From the IMG/VR virus record IMGVR_UViG_2654587568_000017: a stretch of 16,265 nucleotides of DNA, one strand, 5' to 3'. Each line of letters begins with the position of its first letter. Positions within the stretch are counted from its first letter, which is position 1. A program made the position numbers and the translations under genes. The DNA is from a virus (Duplodnaviria > Heunggongvirae > Uroviricota > Caudoviricetes). Shown piece after piece: positions 7,521 to 14,891 of this stretch. The notes under the pieces were generated by a model. The model did not search any database. It worked only from the letters and a program-made list of their open reading frames with translations, and had not been told where the DNA came from.

Positions 7521-7543
7521 AAAAAAAACGGGCAAAGCCCGTT
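7521..7543 (-). terminator. Intrinsic terminator downstream of the repressor gene
   Basis: Minus strand reads AACGGGC-UUU-GCCCGUU followed by eight U; lies 12 nt after the repressor stop (7555-7557). Confidence 0.6.
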
Positions 7544-7554
7544 AAAATCAAAGA

Positions 7555-8244
7555 CTAACCAAATCTGTTTATGTTGAATGGTACTGATGAGATCACTTTA
7601 GACTGGATATAAAGCAGAGCTAACCCCTCTTTTTCGATGCTCCATGGTTGATAATTGGGGTTATCAGATAACACCATGATTTTGCTTCCAATTTTTTGAA
7701 GCCTTTTCACGTAGCATTCTCCATCAAAACAAAATGCATAAATACCATCGCCATCAAAATAAGTTACTGTCTTATCAAGAAAAAGAAGGTCGCCAGGTGA
7801 GATTGTGGGAGCCATACTGTCTCCTCTGGCGTTACCTATTTCTATATTTTTGAATGCCCGATTTCCAACAAGACGTCGGGCATATTCAGGATCAAGTTCT
7901 ATTGAGCGCACTACATCTATCAAGTCACCACGGACATGAGTTCCATCACCGCAACTAAACTCAACATCAAGGACATTAAATACGACGCTATCTGTTCTTG
8001 TCTGGTGTTTCTCTTGCGAGGAAAAGGTTGGTGAGGAGTCTTCACCTAAGAACCAGGATTGTGGATAACCGCTAATCTCTGATAAATGCGCGAGCTTATC
8101 ACTCCGTGGAAATGTTTTTCCTGTTGTCCAGTACTGCACTGATTGCGCACTCACACCTAACTTGCGGGCCAGTTGAGCCTGAGTCCATCCTTTTGCTTTC
8201 AGCATCGCGGCTATTCGATTTTCCGTGTTTTTGACGTTCTTCAT
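7555..8244 (-). CDS. cI: CI/LexA-type prophage repressor (HTH plus S24 peptidase domain)
   Basis: ORF-track start 8250 is TTG; ATG at 8244 has AGGA upstream. N-terminal HTH (GWTQAQLARKLGVSAQSVQYW), C-terminal Ser/Lys dyad (GDSMAP ... YVKRL), possible Cys-Gly autocleavage site (SCGDG, UmuD-like). Confidence 0.85.
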   Translation of the reverse strand: MKNVKNTENRIAAMLKAKGWTQAQLARKLGVSAQSVQYWTTGKTFPRSDKLAHLSEISGYPQSWFLGEDSSPTFSSQEKHQTRTDSVVFNVLDVEFSCGDGTHVRGDLIDVVRSIELDPEYARRLVGNRAFKNIEIGNARGDSMAPTISPGDLLFLDKTVTYFDGDGIYAFCFDGECYVKRLQKIGSKIMVLSDNPNYQPWSIEKEGLALLYIQSKVISSVPFNINRFG

Positions 8245-8377
8245 GACCAAATCCTGTGGGTTTCTTTACAAGGATAAATCTTTACTTGATTTTAGTGTAT
8301 TCGATCCTTTTGTAACTTGCATGTTAATTTAAACTTGATGTATTCTTGATTTATAAAGTTAATATTGGTGCTTTGTT
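8245..8377. promoter_or_regulatory. Divergent promoter/operator region between the repressor and Cro-like genes
   Basis: 133-bp AT-rich gap between divergent genes with three CTTGAT copies (8286, 8335, 8346), two of them 11 bp apart, and a TAATAT hexamer at 8361-8366. Exact operators and promoters not resolved. Confidence 0.55.
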
Positions 8378-8668
8378 ATGGAAGGAAATGATTACGACAA
8401 ACTTCGTGCATTAATTGCGCAAAATGCCATAGCGCGAAATCTTGGTGTGACGCCGCAAGCGGTGAATCAGTGGTTTTCAAAAAGCACAATTCCTGCTCGT
8501 TTCGTTTTACGAGTATGTGAAGTAGTTGCATGGAAGGTTACGCCTCATGGCTTAAGGCCAGATCTTTATCCTCACCCTGAAGATGGAATTCCTAACTTGT
8601 TACGCAAAAGCCTAAATCCAAGTTCACCACACAGAGCGGATGGAATACACGCAGGAGATAAACAATGA
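8378..8668 (+). CDS. Cro-like small HTH regulator (96 aa)
   Basis: First gene rightward from the operator region, divergent from cI; HTH-like segment NAIARNLGVTPQAVNQW; stop overlaps the next start (ATGA). Confidence 0.6.
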   Translation: MEGNDYDKLRALIAQNAIARNLGVTPQAVNQWFSKSTIPARFVLRVCEVVAWKVTPHGLRPDLYPHPEDGIPNLLRKSLNPSSPHRADGIHAGDKQ

Positions 8669-9372
8669 ACACCGCAATTTTTAACGGCAAAGCATCCATG
8701 ACCAGCGTTGAGATCGCAGAGCTGGTGGGAAGCCGACCAGATAGTGTTAAGAGAACTATTGAAACACTGGCTAAAAAGGGAATCATCCAATTTCCACAGA
8801 CTGTGGAAATTGAGAATAAACAATCACTTGGGCCTCGCCGATTTTCTAGCGCGTATGTATTCGAAGGTGAACGAGGTAAGCGCGACAGCATCATTGTCGT
8901 CGCACAGCTCTGTCCTGAATTCACAGCTCGCCTGGTAGATCGCTGGCGCGAACTGGAAGAACAGATCCGTAAGCCAATGAGCGAAATCGAAATGGTTGCC
9001 GCGATGGCTCTTGAAGCCGTTCGCCAACAGAAACGGATCACTCAGGTGGAAGAAAAAGTCAGCCACGTTGCTGAAACAGTCGAGCAAATTAAAAAGGGCA
9101 CTATTCGTGAGGGCTATGCCGGATATCGCCAACTGAAAGCAAAAACCGGTTTGTCAGATGATAAATGCCGCAATCTGGTGAACGCCTATCAAATTCCTAC
9201 AGACACACATGAGTTCATGACGCCGGACGGATTGTTGTCACGTCGCGCAATTGTTGCTGTGGAACCGTTTATGGCTGCTTTTTATCGGGTTATGGAGGAA
9301 GCAGAACCGCGAGGGACTCGCTGGTATCACCCGAAAATGGGGTTATTTCAGGTTATTGGTTGGCAGCGATGA
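8665..9372 (+). CDS. Phage regulatory protein, divergent Rha-like N-terminal domain (235 aa)
   Basis: ATG at 8665 with AGGAGA SD. N-terminus MTSVEIAELVGSRPDSVKRTIETL ... GPRRF ... IIVVAQLCPEFTARLVDRW loosely parallels the Rha pattern; assignment from memory. Confidence 0.55.
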   Translation: MNTAIFNGKASMTSVEIAELVGSRPDSVKRTIETLAKKGIIQFPQTVEIENKQSLGPRRFSSAYVFEGERGKRDSIIVVAQLCPEFTARLVDRWRELEEQIRKPMSEIEMVAAMALEAVRQQKRITQVEEKVSHVAETVEQIKKGTIREGYAGYRQLKAKTGLSDDKCRNLVNAYQIPTDTHEFMTPDGLLSRRAIVAVEPFMAAFYRVMEEAEPRGTRWYHPKMGLFQVIGWQR

Positions 9373-9395
9373 AAAAAAGCCGGGAGTAACCCGGC
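9372..9395 (-). terminator. Intrinsic terminator-like hairpin oriented for minus-strand transcription
   Basis: Plus strand AAAAAAA-GCCGGG-AGTAA-CCCGGC; on the minus strand this is a 6-bp GC stem followed by seven U. The plus side has no U-run. Confidence 0.5.
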
Positions 9396-9591
9396 TCACT
9401 CAACATCAATAACGGGGAGCTGTTTCGCATAAAACGGCTCCGAAACATCCAAGAACAGTTCTAAAGATATCAGCAGCTATATGATCATTTCAAGACCAAA
9501 TATTGATTCTGCAATTTCGGGACGTTACACTGTCTCCGCACCTTATAAAGCGGGTGCCGGGATTGGCGTCCTGAAATTCGCACATGCGCAT

Positions 9592-9614
9592 AACCGCGCT
9601 TCAGCGGTTTTTTT
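9592..9614 (+). terminator. Intrinsic terminator-like hairpin for rightward transcription
   Basis: AACCGC-GCTTCA-GCGGTT followed by a T7 run, inside the 9373-9777 non-coding gap. Confidence 0.45.
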
Positions 9615-9777
9615 GCGCACGTTTCCTCACATCCAAATTATGGTGGGGCGTGCAGGGGCATCGAAAGATGCGCCGGGGTCATGTGCGACCGGTTACGCCA
9701 ACCCTGTACGTCTCACCACCTCTGTGATTGGCGTCCCATGTGGTGAGTTTTCAAAATTCGCACATGAGGATGTCACT

Positions 9778-10329
9778 ATGGCAACCACCCCTACCCAAAC
9801 TCACTCTAAAATTGATGTTATCCATGGGAAGGCTGTTACCTCTTCTTTGGCCGTTGCCGAATATTTCTGCAAGCAGCACAAAAACGTTATTCAAAAAATC
9901 CAGACGCTTGAGTGCTCTGTTGAATTCACTGAGCTGAATTTTCAGCCCAGTGATTACACCGATTGCACAGGCCGCAAACTACCTTGCTATCAAATCACCC
10001 GCGATGGCTTCGCGTTCCTTGCTATGGGCTTTACTGGCAAACGTGCAGCCCGGTTCAAAGAGGCATACATCAACGCCTTTAACCAGATGGAGAAGAATTT
10101 ATCTGGTGCTGACGCGGTTGATATGTCAGCTGTCGCACGAAACGCCAGAGGCGTATACCTGCATTTGCGTGAAATCCATCAAATCTGGACAAGCCAGCTT
10201 TATCCAATGCTTAAGGCCGTTGAATCTCCGCTGGCTAGCAAACTGTACGACCGTGTTGGTGATGCTGTTTTTGGCGCTGCACTTGTTGATTCCAGGCTGA
10301 ATGGTTCTGACAAGGAGGTTCGCCCATGA
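9778..10329 (+). CDS. rha: Rha-family phage regulatory protein (183 aa)
   Basis: ORF-track 9481..10329; ATG at 9778 with GAGGATG SD is the likely start. KAVTSSLAVAEYFCKQHKNVIQKIQTL and GFAFLAMGFTGKRAARFKEAYINAFNQME match the Rha signature as I recall it. The upstream 99 in-frame codons are low-complexity. Confidence 0.75.
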   Translation: MATTPTQTHSKIDVIHGKAVTSSLAVAEYFCKQHKNVIQKIQTLECSVEFTELNFQPSDYTDCTGRKLPCYQITRDGFAFLAMGFTGKRAARFKEAYINAFNQMEKNLSGADAVDMSAVARNARGVYLHLREIHQIWTSQLYPMLKAVESPLASKLYDRVGDAVFGAALVDSRLNGSDKEVRP

Positions 10330-10520
10330 TTAGTTACGAAATCATCATCTCCACTACGGAATACAGAAACGATGTATCAGTTCGCACGGATGTATCTGTC
10401 TGGCACCGTCGCTATAAATCCAGAAAAACAGCGGAACTGAAAGCGGCAGAGATGTGTGAAACCATCTCAATGAAAGGTAGCCCGGTTAAATACGTAACTA
10501 CGGCGGAGGTGCGTCCATGA
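10326..10520 (+). CDS. Hypothetical small protein (64 aa)
   Basis: ATG at 10326 with AAGGAGG SD; ATGA overlap with the Rha stop. Confidence 0.45.
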   Translation: MISYEIIISTTEYRNDVSVRTDVSVWHRRYKSRKTAELKAAEMCETISMKGSPVKYVTTAEVRP

Positions 10521-10741
10521 TCCGCCACATCGTTAATTCCCTGTATCACCGATACAACCGTTGCCCCCGTGTGGGGCAGTGGTTCGCCACCAGCAACGGT
10601 CACGTTCTGCGGGTTTGCCTAGTCAACGCTGAAAGCCAGAAAGTCGTGTGCGAACTACAGGGGCGTAGCTACACCATCAGTTACCCTCTGGCGGTATTTC
10701 TGTCTGGAAAAATGTTTAAGCGTCTGGGAGGTGTGGCGTGA
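10517..10741 (+). CDS. Hypothetical small protein (74 aa)
   Basis: ATG at 10517 with GGAGGTG SD; ATGA overlap with the upstream stop. Confidence 0.45.
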   Translation: MIRHIVNSLYHRYNRCPRVGQWFATSNGHVLRVCLVNAESQKVVCELQGRSYTISYPLAVFLSGKMFKRLGGVA

Positions 10742-11037
10742 ACTGTTTTCAGTTTGTGTGCGGATGTGCTTTCGATAACCCGATTCAGCGCCTGATTATG
10801 TTGCGTGTTTTGATGTCGGGTTCTTCAGACGGTGAAGGCGAGAGAGTTATTGATCATCGGGTGCTTGCTGATTTCTGCTGTTGTTCTAAGCAAGCGATAT
10901 TCAGGGAAACCCTGGCACTGGAAAGAGCTGGTTATCTTCATATCCGAAAAATTGCAACGCTTACTATTGATGCAAAAGCCAGACTACAACCTGCGCGTGG
11001 CTACACAATTCTCATGCCGCGGAAGGAGGTTGTATGA
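10738..11037 (+). CDS. Hypothetical protein (99 aa), possibly DNA-binding
   Basis: GTG at 10738 with GGGAGGTG SD 6 nt upstream; GTGA overlap with the upstream stop, ATGA overlap with the downstream start. Confidence 0.45.
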   Translation: MNCFQFVCGCAFDNPIQRLIMLRVLMSGSSDGEGERVIDHRVLADFCCCSKQAIFRETLALERAGYLHIRKIATLTIDAKARLQPARGYTILMPRKEVV

Positions 11038-12026
11038 GCCGTTACGCCCCCACACCGGAAGTTATGGCTATTGGTCAAATTAATATTTCCGGCAATGTTA
11101 CACCTGCGAACTGGTGGAAATATATTCGACTACCCAGTGGGCGTCCGGATGCGACGGCTATCGCTCTGCTTTCAGAGATCGTTTACTGGTACCGCCCGAC
11201 AGAGGTCAGGGATGAGCACACCGGAGCGTTGCTGGGATATCGCAAGCGTTTTCAGGGCGACAAACTGCAAAGAAGCTACCAGGCGTTTGCTGAGCAGTTT
11301 GGTTTCGGGAAAAGGGAAACCGCAGATGCGCTGAAGCGTCTGCGCGATGCAGGGTTTATTACTCTGGATTTACGCACGGTGGAAATGCTCGATGGGGTGA
11401 AATGCAGCAATATTTTGTTTGTCGGGATCAACCCACAGGCAATTGCGGCCATCACCACACCTTCTTCTGTTTCGCCAGAAAGTAACAGCAATAATGCAAT
11501 CAGCGATACAGCTATTACGTTAAAACGGAACACCCCCCGACGTCATAACGGAACAGGGGATACGCCGAATGTTGATACAAATACAGAGATTACTACAGAG
11601 ATTACAACGGAGACTAAAAACACTATTGATGCATCCGCTGACGCGTCTGCGCCAGCGCGTTCTGCCCGACAGGAATATTCACCGGAATTTGAACAGGCCT
11701 GGCAGGAATATCCCAAACGTGCTGGTGGCAATTCCAAGTCAGCAGCCTTCAAAGCCTGGAAAGCCCGTATCAGGGAGGGAATAAAACCGGAGACCATGCT
11801 TGATGGCGTGAAGCGGTATGCCGCCTGGGTACGTGCTACAGGAAATATCGGCACACAGTTCGTGAAGCAGGCTGCGACGTTCTTTGGACCCGATCGTCAC
11901 TTCGAAGATTACTGGCAACAGCCAGCCGCTCACGGAGGTGGGCGACAGCGACAGGTCGATGTCCTGGCTGGCCTGGGAGCCATGTCTGACAAATTCGGTA
12001 AATCCAGTAACAAATTGACATTCTGA
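11034..12026 (+). CDS. Putative replication initiator / replisome organiser (O-like, 330 aa)
   Basis: ATG at 11034 with AAGGAGG SD; directly upstream of the DnaC-like and DnaB-like genes; iteron-like tandem repeats in the central linker (11584-11619). Family not verified. Confidence 0.65.
   Translation: MSRYAPTPEVMAIGQINISGNVTPANWWKYIRLPSGRPDATAIALLSEIVYWYRPTEVRDEHTGALLGYRKRFQGDKLQRSYQAFAEQFGFGKRETADALKRLRDAGFITLDLRTVEMLDGVKCSNILFVGINPQAIAAITTPSSVSPESNSNNAISDTAITLKRNTPRRHNGTGDTPNVDTNTEITTEITTETKNTIDASADASAPARSARQEYSPEFEQAWQEYPKRAGGNSKSAAFKAWKARIREGIKPETMLDGVKRYAAWVRATGNIGTQFVKQAATFFGPDRHFEDYWQQPAAHGGGRQRQVDVLAGLGAMSDKFGKSSNKLTF
11584..11619. repeat. Three tandem 12-bp iteron-like repeats (candidate ori) inside the initiator gene
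   Basis: ACAGAGATTACT / ACAGAGATTACA / ACGGAGACTAAA in an A+T-rich stretch, encoding TEITTEITTETK. Confidence 0.4.
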
Positions 12027-12036
12027 GGTGACAGCG

Positions 12037-12936
12037 ATGATGACGATTGACCAACGTGAGAAACAAACAAGACTACAGGCGCGAATGGATGAGTTACGGG
12101 CAGAAATGGATGAGTTACGGGCAGAGATTGCATTTGCTCAGAAGGGCGAAAAGCCATGGCCTTATCGTTCCTGCCTGATGCGTGAAGGTCGCGGATATTG
12201 CGAAAAACACGGTAAATATCGTACGCATATACTGGTGTGGATCGATCGTAATGGCGAGGACAGAGAAAAAATTTCATGCTGCCCTGACTGCTTGATCGCT
12301 GAGGCCAGTGATTTGACCATGGAACTGTCGTCCCTCAAGGCGGAAGAACTGACTGATAACGCCGGAATTGCTCTGCGTTTTCGGGACTGCGAGTTTGATA
12401 ATTATCTGGAGGTTAATCCTGACGCAGCCAGAAATCTTGCGGCCTGTCGCCGCTATGCGGAGAACTGGCCAGATATGCTGGAGAACGGTACCAGTCTTGT
12501 TATGACCGGCAGTTGCGGTACCGGGAAAAATCATCTGGCGGTATCAATGGCAAAACACATCATCCGTAACTATCTGGCCAGTGTGGAGATCACCGACGTG
12601 ATGCGCCTTACCCGGGCTGTGAAAAACTGCTGGCGGAATGACAGTGAAAAAACAGCGGATGACGTCATTGAGCATTATGCGTCACTGGATTTGCTGATTG
12701 TCGACGAAGTCGGCGTTCAGTTTGGCAGTGCGGCTGAAATGGCCATTTTGCAGGAAATTATCAATGCCCGGTATGAGGGTATTTTGCCAACTATCCTGAT
12801 CAGCAACCTTTCACCGGAAGAATTGTGGGCGTTCATCAGTCCCCGGATTGCCGACAGGATCACCGATGGCGGGCGCAACTGGTTGTCGTTTAACTGGCCC
12901 AGCTACCGTTCTCGTATCGGAGGTGTTGCCGCATGA
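12037..12936 (+). CDS. DnaC-like helicase loader (IstB-type AAA+ ATPase)
   Basis: ORF-track start 12028 is GTG; ATG at 12037 has GAGGTG SD. Walker A (GSCGTGKNHLA) and Walker B (LLIVDEVG). N-terminal region has a perfect 21-bp tandem duplication and a Cys cluster. Confidence 0.85.
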   Translation: MMTIDQREKQTRLQARMDELRAEMDELRAEIAFAQKGEKPWPYRSCLMREGRGYCEKHGKYRTHILVWIDRNGEDREKISCCPDCLIAEASDLTMELSSLKAEELTDNAGIALRFRDCEFDNYLEVNPDAARNLAACRRYAENWPDMLENGTSLVMTGSCGTGKNHLAVSMAKHIIRNYLASVEITDVMRLTRAVKNCWRNDSEKTADDVIEHYASLDLLIVDEVGVQFGSAAEMAILQEIINARYEGILPTILISNLSPEELWAFISPRIADRITDGGRNWLSFNWPSYRSRIGGVAA

Positions 12937-14333
12937 CCAGCCAGAACACCCCGGCATGGCGTAACGATGACCTGGAAGGCGCTGTCATCGGTGCGTTTTT
13001 TCTGCGTGGGGCCGATCCGGAAGTGATGGATATTCTGGCCACACTTCCGGCGGATGTATTTTTTGTGCGTCAGTACCGGGATATTTACGCGGGGATTTGC
13101 AGACAGGCTCGCATATCCGGCGTCATTGACCCCGTACTGCTGTGCAATGAGATGCCGGAACTTGCCCCGGTGATTACCGACACCGGACGCAAAACCTGGG
13201 TGAAGTCTTCACTGGAGCACTATGTCGCAGCGTTGCGGCGCAATGCCGCACTGCGCGATGCAGAAAAAACACTGACTGAAGCATTACAGAATTTACGTGA
13301 TGCGTATACCTGTGAAGCAGCCGAGGATGCCCTGAAGGATGCGCAGAACATGATGGCCTCACTGTCGACCGGAAAGGGCGTCATTCAGCCGGTTCACATT
13401 GATGATGTCCTTCCGGAAGTGGTCGACCGTGTTGAATGCCGCAATCAGGGACTGGAGAAATCCAGGGCGCTGATGACCGGTATTGATGAACTGGACGCAA
13501 AAACGGGCGGTATGGAGCCCGGAGACCTGGTATTCATTGCCGCCCGTCCTTCGATGGGGAAAACCGAACTTGCGCTGGACATCATCGACAAGGTGACTGA
13601 GCAGGGGCATGGCGTGCTTCTGTTCACCATGGAGATGGCGAACATCCAGATTGGTGAACGTATGGTGTCTGCTGCCGGTGGAATGCCGGTATCCCGTCTT
13701 AAGTCTGTTGCCCGTTTTGAAGATGAAGACTGGGCGCGTTTCTCGCAGGGCGTGGGACGAATGACGGGGCGTAATATCTGGATGGTGGACCAGGCAAACC
13801 TGACCATTGATGAGATATGTGCAACCACGAAGCACCACCGGATGAAACACCCGGAAACGGCGCTGGTTGTGGTCGATTACCTCGGCCTGATTAAAACCCG
13901 CAGCACGGGGCGTCACGACCTTGCTGTGGGGGAAATCTCAAAGGGACTTAAAAGCCTGGCAAAATCCGGCGGTTTTCCGCTGATTGCTCTGAGCCAGCTC
14001 TCCCGCGGCGTGGAATCCAGACCCAATAAACGCCCAATGAACTCGGACCTGAAAAACTCCGGGGAAATCGAGGCGGATGCCGACATCATTCTGATGCTTT
14101 ACAGGGATGAGGTATACAACCCGGAAACTCAGGCCAGAGGCATAGCAGAAATCAACATCACGAAACAGCGTAATGGCACGCTCGGGACCATTTACCGGCG
14201 TTTTCATAACGGACATTTTCTGCCTGTGGACCAGGAGAGTGCCCGGGTTCTTTCCACACCCATGACGCCGGGCAATCCGCGCAGATACAGCAATAACCGC
14301 ATGTCGGGCAGTAAAACGGAGCGTTTATTTTGA
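12933..14333 (+). CDS. DnaB-family replicative DNA helicase
   Basis: ATG at 12933 with GGAGGTG SD, ATGA overlap with the loader stop. Walker A (ARPSMGKTELALD), Walker B (VVVDYLGLI), and ALSQLSRGVESR ... DLKNSGEIEADADIILMLYRDEVYN typical of DnaB C-terminal domain. Confidence 0.9.
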   Translation: MTSQNTPAWRNDDLEGAVIGAFFLRGADPEVMDILATLPADVFFVRQYRDIYAGICRQARISGVIDPVLLCNEMPELAPVITDTGRKTWVKSSLEHYVAALRRNAALRDAEKTLTEALQNLRDAYTCEAAEDALKDAQNMMASLSTGKGVIQPVHIDDVLPEVVDRVECRNQGLEKSRALMTGIDELDAKTGGMEPGDLVFIAARPSMGKTELALDIIDKVTEQGHGVLLFTMEMANIQIGERMVSAAGGMPVSRLKSVARFEDEDWARFSQGVGRMTGRNIWMVDQANLTIDEICATTKHHRMKHPETALVVVDYLGLIKTRSTGRHDLAVGEISKGLKSLAKSGGFPLIALSQLSRGVESRPNKRPMNSDLKNSGEIEADADIILMLYRDEVYNPETQARGIAEINITKQRNGTLGTIYRRFHNGHFLPVDQESARVLSTPMTPGNPRRYSNNRMSGSKTERLF

Positions 14334-14587
14334 ACAACAGAGCAATCACTGTTTCACCGGAACAACTTCGTCGGCAGGCGCAGGAGATGCTTCGTTGTGC
14401 TGAACAGATGGAAAAAACGAGCGTGGCAAAGGATACGCTCCGCAAGCAGCTTACTCCGGCGCTGCGTGATCTGCTGCTGGCAAAACACCGCACACAAAAG
14501 GCGGTGGATGAGCTGGTGGATTGCGTGGCGGAACTGGAAGGCCAGGTAAGCCAGTTTGAAATACTGGTGAAGGAGTTTACTGCGTGA
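14330..14587 (+). CDS. Hypothetical small charged protein (85 aa)
   Basis: TTG start overlapping the helicase stop (TTGA), weak SD; composition looks protein-like and helical, but the non-ATG start lowers confidence. Confidence 0.3.
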   Translation: MNNRAITVSPEQLRRQAQEMLRCAEQMEKTSVAKDTLRKQLTPALRDLLLAKHRTQKAVDELVDCVAELEGQVSQFEILVKEFTA

Positions 14588-14726
14588 TGGCTGAATTTTT
14601 TCTTCTGCGTTCATGCAATACCGTTCGCTGAGGTGACCGTGAGAGCACTACTGACCCCTGAAATTGCCCCGCGTATGGGGATCGTATTGTTCAGGCCCGG
14701 TTCAGAGCTGATGCCCCTGTTTATGC

Positions 14727-14745
14727 CTGTCTCTTATACACAAAT
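14727..14745 (+). repeat. IS terminal inverted repeat (left, outside-end type)
   Basis: CTGTCTCTTATACACAAAT compared with the Tn5 outside end CTGACTCTTATACACAAGT, recalled from established knowledge. Confidence 0.7.
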
Positions 14746-14891
14746 CCCCACCCGGGGATTTGTGATGTCTGTCAGTCTGCTTTAGGGGGACTCTTTCCAT
14801 CCGGTAGTTTCCTTCCTCCCCGGCAGCGATTTTTTGAACTTTTTCCTCACCCGTTGATCTTCTCTTATATTTCATTTTCTTCGGGTCTGTT

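Noticed and set aside
8592-9132. Minus-strand ORFs (149 aa, 102 aa, 83 aa) antisense to the first Rha-like gene
   Set aside because: Shadow ORFs inside a translationally coupled plus-strand operon.
9481-9777. Long in-frame N-terminal extension of the Rha ORF as given in the ORF track
   Set aside because: The extension is low-complexity and spans terminator-like hairpins; the conserved Rha N-terminal motif begins right after the ATG at 9778, which has a good SD. Treated as non-coding.
11276-12277. Several minus-strand ORFs (64-115 aa) antisense to the initiator and loader genes
   Set aside because: Shadow ORFs within well-supported plus-strand CDSs.
13359-13916. 185-aa and 127-aa minus-strand ORFs inside the DnaB-like helicase gene
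   Set aside because: Antisense to a CDS with clear helicase motifs; no SD or recognisable motif.
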